From assembly GCA_964187785.1 (NCBI GenBank), contig OZ076409.1, positions 88,848,001 through 88,912,000 of the forward strand: a stretch of DNA of 64,000 bases, given 5' to 3'. Position numbers and translations under genes: made by a program. The first letter of the stretch is position 1. Each line of letters starts with the position of its first letter. This DNA is from Amphiscolops sp. MND2022. Lineage: Eukaryota. The notes below the pieces were generated by a model. It saw only the letters and a list, made by a program, of their open reading frames with translations, searched no databases and was not told the DNA's origin. This document shows, piece after piece, positions 14,036-29,200 of the stretch.

Positions 14036-14602
14036 TAGGCTTCAAAAAAATATCGGACAAACTTATATGCAACAATTCCTAAAATCGTAACTCGAACACA
14101 ATATTTTTTTTACGACACCTAATTTGTCAAACACTTAATATTGAGAACAAAACAAAATCACTAGCTATGCAGTACGTTTCCCAAAAGAAAATGATTTTGC
14201 AGTTTCCCACGTAGGAAGAAAACCTCAGACTAAAGAATCAAATCATTCCACAGATTCAAAAAGAAACATAGAGGTCACCCTCAAGACTCGGGAAACCAAT
14301 GTTTTTTTACTTTACAGAGAACCTCGAAAAACCGAAGAATGCGTTCACTACTAAATCTGCGTTAACCACTAGGCCAAGTGGCCAAGTGGAGTCACCTGAA
14401 AGGTTGAAGAACTTTTAGTAAATTTGTTTTAAACAGATCATGTGTATCGAAACAAAAACTGACAAAATGCTAGGATTATAAGCGTTTTTTCCAAAGAAAA
14501 GCGTTGCCCAACAATTTGATAATTTAAGAGCATTGGTATCCATATAAATCAACAATGAAAGCATTATGTACTCAGCGTCTTTATAAATCAGGTGTTTCAT
14601 TT

Positions 14603-15281
14603 AACAAGCCGGGACCGGCCCAAGTCGGCGCCATATCCAAGGCTCAAAAATAGCAAAAAGACTTCCAAGTGTCAAGTACTCTTTTACAGTACTCGAAAAT
14701 CGAAATTTTTTGAAAAAAAAAATTTCGAAAAACTTACATACTCAAAAAAAAATGGACCGAGTGGCGCGCCGGGGCTCGCTAGCGCGAGCCCCTGGCGCGC
14801 TAAAGTCTCACAATGCCGAAAAATTGAAAGGGGGACCCTTTGTGGTTTTTCAACATCCATTCTGTCGCAAAACATGAAAAAATTGAATAAAACAAAAATT
14901 TTCATTTTCGGGAAAAAATCTCACAATGCCGAAAAAAAAACTGAAAGGGGGGACGCTTTGGGATTTTTCAACATCCATTCTGTCGCAAAACATCAAAAAA
15001 AATGCAGGGGGACCCTTTGGGGAAAAATTTTTTTTCGAAAAAAAGTCTCGCAGTGCCGAAAAAAAATGAAAGGGGGGAGTCTTTGGTCTCGCCCGGCATG
15101 GTATGTTACGCGGAAAAACAGGAAAAACCTTTTTGGTTCAGTTCGCTAGACCAAATAGTGCATTTTGATGCAATAATATTTTGTAGAACTTTTGTAGAAC
15201 TATTTTGGTCAGTTCGTGTGGTTAGAAAAAAAAGAGTCACTATAATAGTCGCGTTTCACTTCATGAAGCGCCGACTAAAAA
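14603..15281 (-). mobile_element. Non-autonomous Helentron/DINE-1-like (HINE) element, copy 1
   Basis: Minus strand begins TTTTTAGTCGGCGC and ends GCGCCGACT (sub-terminal inverted repeat), a GGGCCGGTCCC hairpin and CTTGTT. A paralogue lies at 17082-17742. Confidence 0.65.
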
Positions 15282-15959
15282 TGCAGTAAATTGAATCAAA
15301 AGTTTCTCTCTTTGACTTTTTTTGGTTTTATTAGCGCTTTGACTACTTTTAGGCCTCAATTTTAGGTTGGGGTGTAGAATAGGTTGGGGTGTAGAATAAG
15401 TTGGGGCGGAACGTATCTCGATGGTCAACAGGCGTTTTGTTTGAAATTCTCCCAGTTCCAGGAATTATTTCAAGTCACGTTTTGTCTCTAGTATCTTTTC
15501 TTAACATTCTAGATGTCTCTTCATCTGTATCGGTTGGTGCTTTTCGTTTCCTAGTGTTATTTTTGACTTATCTTTGACAGTTTTACAACGATTTCCCATG
15601 GACTCACAAACTAAGGAGAGGAACATATTCTATCGCTTGTTCCCAGTGTCTCTTTGCTATCAGTTGTTTCGATTCAGTCAATTGGTCTTGACGTTTACCT
15701 GATAAAGGATTCAAAAAATTGGCAAAAAATTACCAGATGCAAATGTGGAGTCTAGACGTCAAGCGACCTTTAGCCTTCACCAACCGTCTGAACTAGTTTG
15801 TTATGAAAATGTCCGGGAGGTTTAGATAAACAAACTCTGAAGAGTGAACCGTCATACATGTTACGATGTCGAGTTGATAAATCCTAAATTGTTTTACTAA
15901 ACGTAGAATATAGTTGAGCATTGTTAAACAGTATTGTGTTTTCAACAATACAATCGAGG

Positions 15960-17080
15960 ATCCTAACATGGAACAGTAAGAATACTATAAGTTTCTCCTC
16001 ATTACCAAACCCTTGCTTCGACTTGATGACACAAAGACTATATACAAACAAAGAAAATCGACCGAAAGATTTCGGCATTACATCAAAAGAATCTACGACA
16101 TCGATTTAAAACCGATTCTAGCCGCGAAACAAAACTATCGGACACAAAAGGCACAGAAAAAGAACAACAACTTAAAAAAGGAACGTCAGCTGTCGAGAAG
16201 GAATAGAGGAGAATTTATCATGAATCCAGACACCATCAAAACGATTAAACTTGGACAAATATTCAAAGAATACTACACGGCGAAAAGAAACACGTACTTC
16301 AGTCACTTTAGTCGCGGGATTTTTCAAAGCCAAACAAGACGAAGAGGAAACCCTACAGGATCACAAGCGAAGACTGGTAAAACTGGAAAATTCTGTAACT
16401 TCAAAGTTATATGACAAAGAGACCTACTTTTACCCAAATTTATCAGCTGCATTACCGACGAAACAACCCGGAAGGACGTTATCCGTGAAAACACAATAAT
16501 CCTCAATGCTTACAGGACAAGACAGTGAAGACTGACGGCAAAAACAATTCACCATACTACTTGCATTTCTAAAGATAAAGAAAAGAAACAAGAACCAATC
16601 CAGGCAAAACAAAAACGACAAAATCAGAAAAAAAACCTGTGAAACCTAATCAAATTATGTATTCGTGAAAACCAAATACAAAAGAACAACAACTGCGGAT
16701 TCTGCGGACAACAAAACTGTGCCACAAAACCAAATGCCGCTGAAGACAGCACAACCCAAAAAGTAAGCCCTTCTCGCAGAGGTATGCCAAGGCAAACTAA
16801 ACACAAACACGAGTAAAAGGAAAAACTACTTGGAACACGCAGACTCAGAAGAAGAAGATGAAAGTGAACTAGACAATCACCGTTAGATAACATAAATTAA
16901 CAAACATCTGACACACACAGGGAACACTACAGCATTGAACTAAAAACTAATGGGAAGAAACAGAAGACTCTATGTCATCGACAGAGACTCTCCTGCCATG
17001 ATGATGCCAAATTACTCATTTCAAAATACTCATACAATTTAAAAAACATCCCATCACTGAAAAAAATATCAAAACATAAA
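15960..17080 (+). pseudogene. Highly decayed Gypsy gag/protease remnant
   Basis: Fragments RFRHYIKRIYDIDLK and a CGFCGQQN knuckle-like motif. Composition resembles the element at 19.2-22 kb. Confidence 0.45.
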
Positions 17081-17081
17081 G

Positions 17082-17742
17082 AAACAAGCAGGGACCGGCC
17101 CAAGTCGGCGCCATATCCAAGGCTCAAAAATAGCAAAAGGACTTCCAAGTGTCAATTTACAGTAGTCGAAAATCGCAAAACCAAAAAAGTGGACCGCGTG
17201 GCGCGCCGGGGCACGCTAGCGCGAGCCCCTGGCGCGTTAAAAGCGGACATTTCAGAACTTGTCAACATTTTTGTCGCAGTTGAAGGGGCACCCTTTGAAG
17301 AAAAAAAACAAAATTTCGAAAAAAAGTCTCACAATGCCAAAAAATTGAAAGGGGGGCACACTTTGGGGTTTTCAAATATCCAGTCTGTCGTAAAACATCA
17401 AAAAATTGAATTGGGAAAATTTTTTATTTTCGGAAAAAAATCTCACAGTGCCGAAAACAAACTGAAATGGGGGACCATTTGGGAGAAAAATTTTTCGGAA
17501 AAAAAGTCTCGCAGTGGCGAAAAAAATTGGAAGGGTGGACACTTTGGTCTCGCCCGGTATGGTATGTTACGCGGGAAAACAGGAAAAACATTTTTGGTTC
17601 AGTTCGCTAGGCCAAATGGTGCAATTTGGTGCAATAATATTTTGTAGAACTTTTAGGAACTATTTTGGTCAGTTCGTGTGGATTGAAAAAAAAAGAGTCA
17701 CTATAATAGTCGCGTTTCACTTCATGAAGCGCCAACTAAAAA
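17082..17742 (-). mobile_element. Non-autonomous Helentron/DINE-1-like (HINE) element, copy 2
   Basis: Same termini and body as 14603-15281. Confidence 0.65.
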
Positions 17743-19191
17743 TATTGGAACCTTTGCTTGCAACGTCTAGCCCCTCATTTCAAATAACTTTAAAACTATT
17801 GTAAAATCATTTTTTCTTTTTACGAAGGTTTCTGCTTCGCAAAACACCCAGCATTTTTTGCCATTTTCATCTGAATCATTTCTCGAATTCAATTCAGCTA
17901 GCTCCATCATCATTCATCACAAAACTTTACAGAGGTGTAGAGGTCATCAAGATAACAACGTATTTGATACTTTTCATACGTGCACGTATCGTTGATATGA
18001 ATCACATACTAATTTGAGTAAACCGTCGAATAATGGGGGGGGGAGGTTAAATTCACCAGAAGAGTCTGGGTATCCAGAATGCAACGACTGACTGGCAAAA
18101 TTATCATTGCAAACAACAAAAAGAAACGACATCACACCAATATTAGATGGGAACTGGTTGAAATGATTACCAATTTCATCAAGCAAAACCTCACTGGACG
18201 ATGATGAATCCCCCATGTGGTTAGACTACATCATTATGGAATCCTGCATGTTGTTTTTTTCTGTCTAATACAATTTTGTTTCGTCATGATCCGATATTTG
18301 AGCTCCGGATGAAAGTTGAGACAGTTTGAACCTCATACCTCACAAATACAGTCCTCATGTTTTAACCATCACACCAGGGCCCTCAAAATTGGGATATTGA
18401 ATCACCTTTGGTCTTCTCAAAAAAGTTCTTTGACATCAAAACATAAAGTTTCGTTAAAAACTTTATTTGGAATCGTGAAAAGCTGATTGTTTTGTTTCGC
18501 AACTTTCTGGATCTTCATGCATACAGAAACACCCAAAAATTCCACTAAGTTGCAGGAAACGTGAAAGTTACGCATAGCTCTAGAAAAATCAATTATTGAT
18601 TTTATTCACTTTAGTATGCTAAGTAGTCAAATCTGTTCATGTTAAAACATCTTGTCAAGACAATTTCACAAAATTATTTAGAAACTCACCAAGAATGGCA
18701 TACACAGGTAAAAAAATGTAATATTGGAACACATTTCGGATGGTTTTAGATGTTTTTCTAAATGAACTCTCTCTTTTGCCTGCTTAGAAAAGTATCTTGA
18801 GTAAATGATTGTTTTGTTCCGGAACTTCCTGGTTTACAATTATGTACAACTTTTTTCAAACTTTCAATATCTTTTAAAAATTGTGAACGTTTTTTGTTAG
18901 TTTCAGGTGTGAAGTTAGAGGAACATCAAATTTTTTGAGCGGCAGGTTTTGTGTTTCGATACTGTGTTCATACTCACTGCAATATCAAAAACACAAACCT
19001 TGTTTCGAATGTCCGAATAAGTCACACTTTGAAGAATCTTCATGAATTTTCCTCGTTTCAGAGCTTGTTAGATCAAAACATTGCATAATTCTCATCAAAA
19101 AGTGTGTTCTGAGCTAGCTGTTGCGTCATTAAATTCTGTGGAGTTTAATCGAACAAAACGTAGAAAAATGTACACAAAATGCAAAACTGTC

Positions 19192-22039
19192 TGTAGTATA
19201 GAGGACACTAGACAGAACCTATTTATATACAAACTAATTAGTCTAGCCTTTGTACACTTACATAACTTATTAGTCTATATACATTTGTGTTTGTATACTA
19301 CCTGTTCCTGCCACTTAAGTGCAGATGAACCTACTTATCAGTAGTAGAAAAAAACTTGATACAAAACAGTTCAATCTTACGAATCTCACTTTCGATCAGA
19401 ATACAACATGGCGCAGTAAAGCAAGTAACTTAAAGTTTTAAAGCCACACAAGAGTACAAAAGAAAAACACAAGAAACAAATGGGCGAAGAACCAGAGAAC
19501 ACTCCAAGGACCGGAGGAAATACATCGACGTCGGCGGTAACACACACAAGTGGACATCTCCTAACCAGTGAAACAATGAACAGGACGGCGGACCGGACCT
19601 GCACTCAAAAACTCACCATTCCGACACTAGAAAAACAGGACTACACCAATGCGAACATGTGATGGCGGAAGTTTGTCCAATACATTAAAATGACAAATGA
19701 AATTGATTTATCGACTATGACGAACAACGAAGAAATACTGCCACAATTCCGTGATCAACTGGAACTAGAAATGAAAGACATATTTCTATGGGCAATTGGA
19801 CAACCCGCAATCACGGTTATGACAAAAACGGTAACAGAAAGAGAACCAAGCTCATTACCGTTACACAAACTATACACATTATTCCGACTACATTTTACGC
19901 CAGAGAGAAATGTATAACACAGTAAAACCGATTTCTTCGATTTAAAAAAAGGAACCGGCGAATCAGCAGCAGATGTATGGAAACGAATCTTAGAAGTGGA
20001 AAACAACTGAGAATTTGAAGCAACAACTGCAGCAGAACTTCTAGCATCAAAATTCCTATCCCTCATCGGTAAACCCACCGGTGACTACGAACTTATGAAA
20101 AAAAAATCAGAAAAAGTGACATGTCGGTAGAAACAATAACCGACATACTACACGAATTAATGTATGAGGAATGGAATGACTCACCAGAGACAGAAGAAGA
20201 GAAGAAAATCCGCTATCTGAATAAAAGGAAGACACGAATCAACAAGGAGACAGGATATAAACCAACAAATTTCAAAAATATAGACTGCAACTGATGCGGG
20301 GCACCAAACTGATCGAGACAATATGAATGCCCGGCTGGAGGAAAGAAATGCACATAGTGCGGAAAGATAGGCCATTTCGCAAAATGTTGCCGGTCCAACA
20401 AGAAAATTAACCATATGCAGGACGAAGAAACAAGCAGCGCGGAAGAAGACGAATGGGCACCAGACACAGTCCATTCGATAAAACAGAAGAACCATTCCAC
20501 ACAGTCAACAAACATCAGCGGTCCAGAATTCTTCACACCCACCGCATTGGTCAAAAACCGACCAATCAAATTCATCATTGACAGCGGTTCACCAGTGACT
20601 CTAATACCAAAGTCATTATTCAATAACAGAACACCGTTGCAACCACTGGAAACAGAATATAGAGACGTGAATGACAACCGAAAAATTTTCAAAGGAAAAA
20701 CAATAGCAAAGGTAATTGTAAACGGTAAACAGAAGCATCTGGAAATACTGATATCGACAATAAAACAAATCCGTTGCTGGGATTAGACTGGATGAAAGAA
20801 CTGGGAATAACGCTAGACAAAGACAATACCTACCAACGAATAAAACACGTCAAAGAAGATCCAGACATAAAGTTGTTGAAAGGACAAATCAAAAAACTAT
20901 TCAACGAAAACCACACAGTAAAGGGTATAAAAGTCGAAATTCAACTAAAAGAAGATGCAAAACTGATACAGCAGAAGGGGAGGCCAATACCGATTTATTT
21001 ACAATAATCGGTTGAAAAAGAGATAGAAACGCAAAAAGGCCACATTGAAAAAGCGAACGACATCGATGAAAGTTGCTTTGTCAGTCCGGCGGTCATTACC
21101 GTAAAGAAAGAGAAATCGGTAAAAATTGCACTAGATTCGAGAAACCTAAACAAAATTACAGTCAAAAGAAAGGCACAAATGCCTAAAATGGAGGAATCAA
21201 TTTCTCGAAAATCAAGGAAAATTGCGGACGGACCGGCAGATGAAATATGGATCTCAAAATTCGGTTTGGATTATGCGTACGGGCAATTATTGCTATCCAA
21301 AGAAACCCGCAACTTTTGCATATTTGCTGTAACCGGGGAAAACTTTACCAGCTATTACCGCTTCCTAAAAGGATTTTACGTGTTAGCGGGTATACCGACC
21401 ATTTTTCAAGAAATAATCGATCAAACAATGGAAAACGAACACCCAACTTGGCTAGATGACATCATCGTGGTAACAAAAAGCTGTAAAGAACAACACAAAA
21501 AAGAGCTGATCGACGTTTTAACCAAACTAGAAAACGCCGGATACAGACTGAGCGAAAATAAATCCGAATTCTTCAAAACGGAAATTGAATGGATCGTTCA
21601 CATAATAGATCAGAACGGTATCAGACCGTTGCAAGACAAATTATTGGCCATAAAAAAATTGAAACAACCCAAAAATTAAAAAGAACTGAAGTCGTTTCTG
21701 GGGGCCATTCAATACCTGTCCGAATACATAGACAATCTATCCGCACAAACCGACGAACTGAGACACATACTAAAGAAGGATAACGAATGGATCTGGACAG
21801 ACGAACATACGAAAGCTTTGAAAATCTCAAACAAAAAATCACGGAGATACCGTGGCTGGCTCATTATAATTCAGATTATCCAAACATAATAACAACCGAT
21901 GCCAGTACCAAAGGCTTCGGTGCGACGCTTTGGCAAGAGCAACCGTAGGAAAAGTTAAAACCGATAGGATTTGCAAGCCGCTTCCTATCGGATACAGTAA
22001 AAAAATACACGACAAACGAGCTCGAATTACTAGCTGTGG
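19192..22039 (+). mobile_element. Gypsy LTR retrotransposon (LTR, PBS, gag-pol), decayed and cut off by the assembly gap
   Basis: Candidate LTR TGTAGTAT...ATACAACA (19192-19408), then PBS-like TGGCGCAGT. Gag from 19480 with a knuckle remnant. Protease FIIDSGS, RT LDYAYGQ...WLDDIIV, RNase H TDASTKG. Several stops. Confidence 0.85.
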
Positions 22040-22239
22040 NNNNNNNNNNNNNNNNNNNNNNNNNNNNNNNNNNNNNNNNNNNNNNNNNNNNNNNNNNNNN
22101 NNNNNNNNNNNNNNNNNNNNNNNNNNNNNNNNNNNNNNNNNNNNNNNNNNNNNNNNNNNNNNNNNNNNNNNNNNNNNNNNNNNNNNNNNNNNNNNNNNNN
22201 NNNNNNNNNNNNNNNNNNNNNNNNNNNNNNNNNNNNNNN
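22040..22239. other. Assembly gap (N run)
   Basis: About 200 N bases. Confidence 1.
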
Positions 22240-22975
22240 AAATGATTATGAAAACGCCAACTAAAAATTGATATTCGCGGCAACTCCGTCATTTCTGTTA
22301 TATGAACCCAATCTTAGAAAGCAGTCATTTTCATCACTCAGAACTATGCATTTCTGTGAAAATCTGAAAATCGGCCGAGAATTGTTCGAATGAAGCATTC
22401 CAAGTTTATTTGTCATGACTTGTTCATCGAGTATGGCCCATAACCATAACGTTTATACTTGCTATTACTTTGTTTGATGCAATGACCTTGTTATTTTTGT
22501 CTTTTGAATCTTGCCAACAACTTTCAAAATAATGCAAGGAAATTCCCACTGAAGCTTCCATGCGTTTATACTTCCCTGTTGTATCCGTTTCTACCAAATC
22601 ACTTTAAAGAAAGCATTGTAAATTTGGCGAATCCTAAATCTAAATCGAAGTGTGACAACAATTTGATTGTGTCGGAACCGAAACGCGAAATATTTTTGTG
22701 TTTACTTTTGTTAGTCGAAAAGGCGGCGTTATTCTACAAAATTTACCACCGGAAGCTCACACTTCCGAGTTTCATATAAAAAAACGAGCTGCACGCAGGC
22801 TTTAATTACAGTATACAGTATGGAAAAAGTTCCAGCATTCTCGACTATTGTTCTCTGACGAAAACTTGAAATACAGTTTTATATTTTTTTTCCTGAAAAA
22901 CTTCAGTTTAAGTGTGGTTTGTTTTCGGGCAAGAAAGAAGCTATTTCACTGCTGAAAATAACAGTAGGTGTTTAA

Positions 22976-23050
22976 GTCCTGAGGCATGGCCCAGTGTGTA
23001 CGGTGCGTTTCTTGGAAGCAGGGTGAACGGGTTCGACACCCGCAGAGGAC
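22976..23050 (+). other. tRNA-like sequence or tRNA-derived SINE head
   Basis: A-box-like TGGCCCAGTG, T-arm GCGGGTTCGACACCCGC-like with a B box, and GTCCT...AGGAC closing stem. No convincing anticodon arm. Confidence 0.4.
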
Positions 23051-23265
23051 TGATTTTCATGCTTTTTTCAGGAACTCTGCGACATCATGCGAAATATTTT
23101 CATTACCACCAAACAACATCCAGTTTTTTGATGTTTCAGCCGGGACAAAGCGCTCTTTGAGACTGAAGTGTCCTTGCTTATAACAAAGGTTTCTAAATGT
23201 TGTAAAAATTTGAACTGTACTATAACAATTGTCTGATATAGAGCAGAACTCTCAATTCTGTTTTT

Positions 23266-26200
23266 GGGGCACGAGCGGAGCGAGATGCCCATATGGTGAC
23301 GTTTTTAAGGCGACGAGCGAAGCGAGGGGCCTTATTGTTTGCGTTTAGTTTTTTTTCGCCAAAACGTGACATCCCTCTGCATTTGTAAAAGTTTCGGCTA
23401 TTTTTCTCCAAGCCTATTTCTCCGGGACAATTCAAAATTTCAAAAACAGATCCGCAAGTGAATGCCCTTTCTGGCCATGTAAGAAGGTTTTGAAAATTTT
23501 CCGCCTGGGCGATTATATTAGCTTCGAAAACATGATTTTTGCGAAAATTTTTAGGGTTTTTTTCCGAGTTTGCGTAATTTTTCCACTTGAACCATATCGA
23601 ACCGTCTCAAAATGGGTACCAACTGACGCAAGAGGATGTCTTCTTTAAGGTCGTGAAAGTTTCATTATTTTACAATTATTGGGCGTTGAGACAATGGCGA
23701 ATAAAAATTGGAAAAATTTTGGGTTTTTAGCGGAAAAATTTTCTAAATGTAGATTTGACTCAATTTTACTACTTAAACGACACCGAACCGGCTCATAATT
23801 AGCTCCGACCGACGCAAGAGGATGTCTTCTCTAACCTCATGAAAAATTCATTATCCTACGATCATTGGTCGTTGAGGAAATGGCGAATGAAAATCGCAAC
23901 ATTTTGGGGTTTTCCGAAAAAATTTTCTAAATGTAGATTTTGCTCAATTTTTTTTACTTAAACGACATCGAACCGGCTCATAATTAGCAACGACCGACGC
24001 AAGAGGAGGATGTCTTCTCTAATCTCATGAAAGTTACATTATCCTATGATCATTGGTCGTTGAGAAAATGGCGAATAAAAATCGGAAAATTTATGGATTT
24101 TTTTGCGATAAAAATTTTTTTTGCGAAAAAAGTATTTTGATGTACCCCATGCAATTGGGGTGCTTGGGCGCACTTTCGTAAAACCCATTACTCCTGGGCT
24201 CTCTCAAAGAGGTCGTCTGCTCGGAGCCGTCGCGCAATGGCAGTTGCGCCTATGTTTTTAAGGCGACGAGCGAAGCGAGGGGCCTTATTGTTTGCGTTTA
24301 GTTTTTGAGGCTTCGAGCGAGCGAAGCGAAGCGACGAAGTCTCTATTGTTCCGCGTTTACTAGCGTTTTGGTTTTTTTTACGCGTGACATACCCTCTGCA
24401 TTTGTATTAATTGAAGGCTTTTTTCTCAGAGCCTATTTTTCCGCGATAATCCAATTTTCCAAAAAGAAACGCAACTTGATGCTCTTTCTAACCGTGTAAA
24501 AACTTTCCGAAAATGTTCCACCGGCGCGATTTTATTAGCTTCGAAAGCGCGAAATTTTTGGAAAATTTTTAGGGTTTTTGTCGATTTTGCTATTTTTCTT
24601 TTCGCAAACCACAGCGAATTGGCCCGATGTAGGTACTAACAGACGTAAAACGATGTTTTCTTTAATTTGGTGAAGTTTTTTAATCCTAGAATTATTGGGC
24701 TTTGCGAAAATGACCATTAAAAATAGGAAAAATTTTCGGTTTTTTTGCGTAAAAAATTTCTCAACCTATTTTCAAGTAGCAATCAGTTCTAATCCAAGCA
24801 GTGGTGTTTCTACTCGATAACAGGTCTGCTTAGCTGCCCAAAGTTAGAAATTGGAAAGTCACAACGTTTACGTCGGACAGATAGAGACAAAAAAGTTTTC
24901 AAATTTTTTGAATTTTTGATAAATTGCTCTCTTTATTCAATTTTGTAAAAGTTTTGGCCTATTTTCTCGGAGCCGAATACTTCGAGACCATCCAAAAACT
25001 CAACAAATTGTTTGAACTGAATTTGTTGGTGAAGATTTAAATGTTGTTGGATTTTCGGGCAGTGAGAAAATAGCGAGTCAATATCGAAAATTTTTTTGGA
25101 ACATAATTTTTTTCGAAAATTTTGGAGCTTTCACTAATTTTGCTCATTTCTACATTACAAACAACGTCGACCCGGCATAAAATACGTCCTATCCGACTTC
25201 TTTCACATGTTTAAAGTTTCAATGTGCTACATTTTTTGGTGGTTGAGAAAATGGCGATTGAAAATCTGAAAATTTACGTTTTTTCCCAATTTTTCCCAAG
25301 CTTTTTTCTGTTAATAGTTCTGTTCATTTTTGATTTTTTGGCCGTTTTCTCACAAGGGATTGCTTCAAGACGATTCGAAAAACAGCAATATTTTGTTCTT
25401 CAGCAGTTTTTCCAGAAATTTTTAACCGGTGCGTATTTACGAAATACGAAAACCGCAAATTTTTATTTTTTTTGCAGACTTTGCTCCTTTCCTGTAATCA
25501 AACCACTTGGAACCGCGGCAGTGTAGGAACTGACCGTCATTCAGGACTGTGATATTATCCTGGATAAAAGAATTCATTGATACGCGAATTTGCCGTCGAA
25601 AAAACTGCGATTGAAAATTCTTCCGGAAATATTTTATGAGCCGATTTTTACTAGTTATCGGTTCAATGGGATCTCATATCATTTCCGCTCAAACCATATA
25701 CTCCTAAGACTGTATGCGAAAAGCTCGAAGCAATTAGATGCATGCGGAAAGTACTCGAATAGACGAGATAAATGCGCTGTCTTTCTAGGCAAATTTGGGT
25801 TTTTTCTCAAACAATTAAACTTCATACATTAAAGGTCGTTCGTGGTGCGGGCCTTCTGATTCTTTTCGAGTAATACTCGGATCGCGGGATTATGGCTGCG
25901 GGATCTGTCGCTCGAAGCCGTGCGCAAATTCCTTTGCGCCTATGTTTGGGGCACGAGCGGAGCGAGATGCCCATATGGTGACGTTTTTTTGAGGCTTCGA
26001 GCGAGCGAAGCGAAGCGACGAAGTCTCTATTGTTCCGCGTTTACTAGCGTTTTGGTTTTTTTTTCGCGTGACATACCCTCTGCATTTGTATTAATTGAAG
26101 GCTATTTTCTCAGAGCCTATTTTTCCGCGACCATGCAAACTTTCCAAAAAGAAACGCAACTTGATGCTCTTTCTAACCGTGTAAAAACTTTCCGAAACTT

Positions 26201-29200
26201 TTCCATTGGCGCGATTTTATTAGCTTCGAAAGCGCGAAATTTTCGAAAATTTTTCGGGTTTTTGTCGATTTTGCTTTTTTTCGCAAACCACAGCGAATTG
26301 CCCCGATGTAGGTACTAACCGACGTAAAACGATGTTTTCTTTAATTTGGTGAAAGTTTTTTTATCCTAGATTTATTGGGCTTTGCGAAAATGACCATTAA
26401 AAATAAGAAAAATTTTCGGTTTTTTTGCGTAAAAAATTTCTCAACCTAATTTCAAGTAGCAATCAGTTCTAATCCAAGCAGTGGTGTTTCTACTCGATAA
26501 CAGGTCTGCTTAGCTGCCCAAAGTTAGAAATTGGAAAGTCACAACGTTTACGTCGGACAGATAGAGACAAAAAAGTTTTCAATTTTTTTGAATTTTTGAT
26601 AATTTGCTCTCTTTATTCAATTTTGTAAAAGTTTGGCCTATTTTCTCGGAGCCTAATACTTCGAGACCATCCAAAAACTCAACAAATTGTTGGAACTGAA
26701 TTTGTTGGTGAAGATTTAAATGTTGTTGGATTTTCGGGCAGTTCATTGTATATTATACAAATTGTGCTTTACTACGAATCTTGAAATAAATGAATATTTG
26801 ATCCTTCAATTTTTAAATATACATTTTCCAAACTAATCTTAGGAAGGAGTGAAATAGACGAAGTTACCGGATCGGTCTTGTAAAAATGCATAGATTGCGA
26901 TCTGATTACCCCTAGTAACCCTCCTACTGTCTTTTTTGCACGGCTGTTGTTAAAAATGCTGACTTCATCCTTGGAAGGTTTTTATTTATTTATACTGCTA
27001 GTAGAAAATGTAAAAATGCTCGAAGACCTATCGGCAATGTACATCGAATCATATACTCCATAATTGCTCATTGATTTGCTTTGTCTCATGCCTGTAAAAT
27101 TTTCGGTGAATAGTTTTTTTGTCCATTTTTGATGTCGGAAACCAAAGTTTTTTCAGACCTCTCGATGTATGGGTTTTCGAGAGTGAGATCATATTGGACC
27201 ACTGGAGTACATACTCACCGTTAGTTATTGATGATGTGGTTGTTTGAAGCGTAAAACCGCGAAATTTCCGTTCTTAACGTATTCTATCCAGTGAATATCT
27301 GCACAGAAGGTATTATGCATTACCGCAATATTCCTGAGAGATTTGATGTCATATGCAACGATTAAATCAAGACAACACTAAGTTATATTCACACCTCGCT
27401 GTGCAATGATATTCAACTACGTTGTATTGAAAACAAAAATGATTTCGGATCTTTTCGTGATTTTGCCCCATTCGCAAATTTTAACAGGTTATTTATCCTC
27501 TGGAATACGTTTCCAACGGTGCCCACTGATGCTGGAAGGTTGTTTGATGCACAATTCAGCTAATTTTTAGAACTGAAAGTATACTTGCTAGTGATGGCAC
27601 ATATCAACCGTCCTATTAATAACTAGGGCAGCCCTTCCTTTTATATAGTGGTAAAGGCCGAAAAAGTTAAGCTTCATAGGATTAATACCCGCAATTCTTT
27701 TCAATTTCATTGTATTTTGAGCATTCTCGTGCCGTATATAACCTTAGCTATTCGTCATAGCTAATTACTTGGTAATATGGTTCAAATGCACGTGATGATA
27801 GTCAACTATGGCTGCGGGACCTGTCGCTCGAAGCCGTGCGCAAATTCTTTTGCGCCTATGTTTTTAAGGCGACGAGCGAAGCGAGGGGCCTTATTGTTTG
27901 CGTTTAGTTTTTGAGGCTTCGAGCGAGCGAAGCGAAGCGACGAAGTCTCTATTGTTCCGCGTTTACTAGCGTTTTGGTTTTTTTTTCGCGTGACATACCC
28001 TCTGCATTTGTATTAATTGAAGGCTATTTTCTCAGAGCCTATTTTTCCGCGACCATCCAAACTTTCCAAAAAGAAACGCAACTTGATGTTCTTTCTAACC
28101 GTGTAAAAACTTTCCGAAAATTTTCCACCGGCGCGATTTTATTAGCTTCGAAAGCGCGAAATTTTCGAAAATTTTTAGGGTTTTTGTCGATTTTGCTTTT
28201 TTTCTTTTCGCAAACCACAGCGAATTGGCCTGATGTAGGTACTAACCGACGTAAAACGATGTTTTCTTTAATTTGGTGAAAGTTTTTTTATCCTAGAAAT
28301 ATTGGGCTTTGCGAAAATGACCATTAAAAATAGGAAAAATTTTCGGTTTTTTTGCGTAAAAAATTTCTCAACCTTTTTTCAAGTAGCATTCAGTTCTAAT
28401 CCAAGCAGTGGTGTTTCTATTTGATAACAGGTCTGCTTAGCTGCCCAAAGTTAGAAAATGGAAAGTCACAACGTTTACGTCGGACAGATAGAGACAAAAA
28501 AGTTTTCAAATTTTTTGAATTTTTGATAAATTGCTCTCTTTATTCAATTTTGTAAAAGTTTTGGCCTATTTTCTCGGAGCCTAATACTTCGAGACCATCC
28601 AAAAACTCAACAAATTGTTGGAACAGAATTTGTTGGTGAAGATTTATATGTTGTTGGATTTTCGGGCAGTGAGAAAATAGCGATTCAATATCGAAAATTT
28701 TTTTGGAACATAATTTTTTTCGAAAATTTTGGAGCTTTCACTAATTTTGCTCATTTCTACATTACAAACAACGTCGACCCGGCATAAAATACGTCCTATC
28801 CGACTTCTTTCACATGTTTAAAGTTTCAATGTGCTACATTTTTTGGTGGTTGAGAAAATGGCGATTGAAAATCTGAAAATTTACGTTTTTTCCCAATTTT
28901 TCCCAAGCTTTTTTCTGTTAATAGTTCTGTTCATTTTTGATTTTTTGGCCGTTTTCTCACAAGGGATTGCTTCAAGACGATTCGAAAAACAGCAATATTT
29001 TGTTCTTTAGCAGTTTTTCCAGAAATTTTTAACCGGTGCGTATTTATAACGAAATACGAAAACCGCAAATTTTTATTTTTTTTTGCAGACTTTGCTCCTT
29101 TCCTGTAATCAAACCACTTGGAACCGCGGCAGTGTAGGAACTGACCGTCATTCAGGACTGTGATATTAGCCTGGATAAAAGAATTCATTGATACGCGAAT

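Noticed and set aside
14592..17804. 150-185-aa K/F-rich ORFs in the two HINE-like copies
   Set aside because: Produced by A/T homopolymer runs; frames are not conserved between the two copies.
21876..22292. ORFs spanning the X run
   Set aside because: Artefacts of the N gap.
22976..23050. Functional tRNA gene
   Set aside because: It has A/B boxes and a T arm, but I could not fold a canonical D arm and anticodon arm. Kept only as tRNA-like.
24305..28279. Recurrent ORFs MRLRASEAKRRSLYC... (also 58645-59013)
   Set aside because: Chance frames in the non-coding repeat head. Length and frame vary between copies and composition is F/K-biased.
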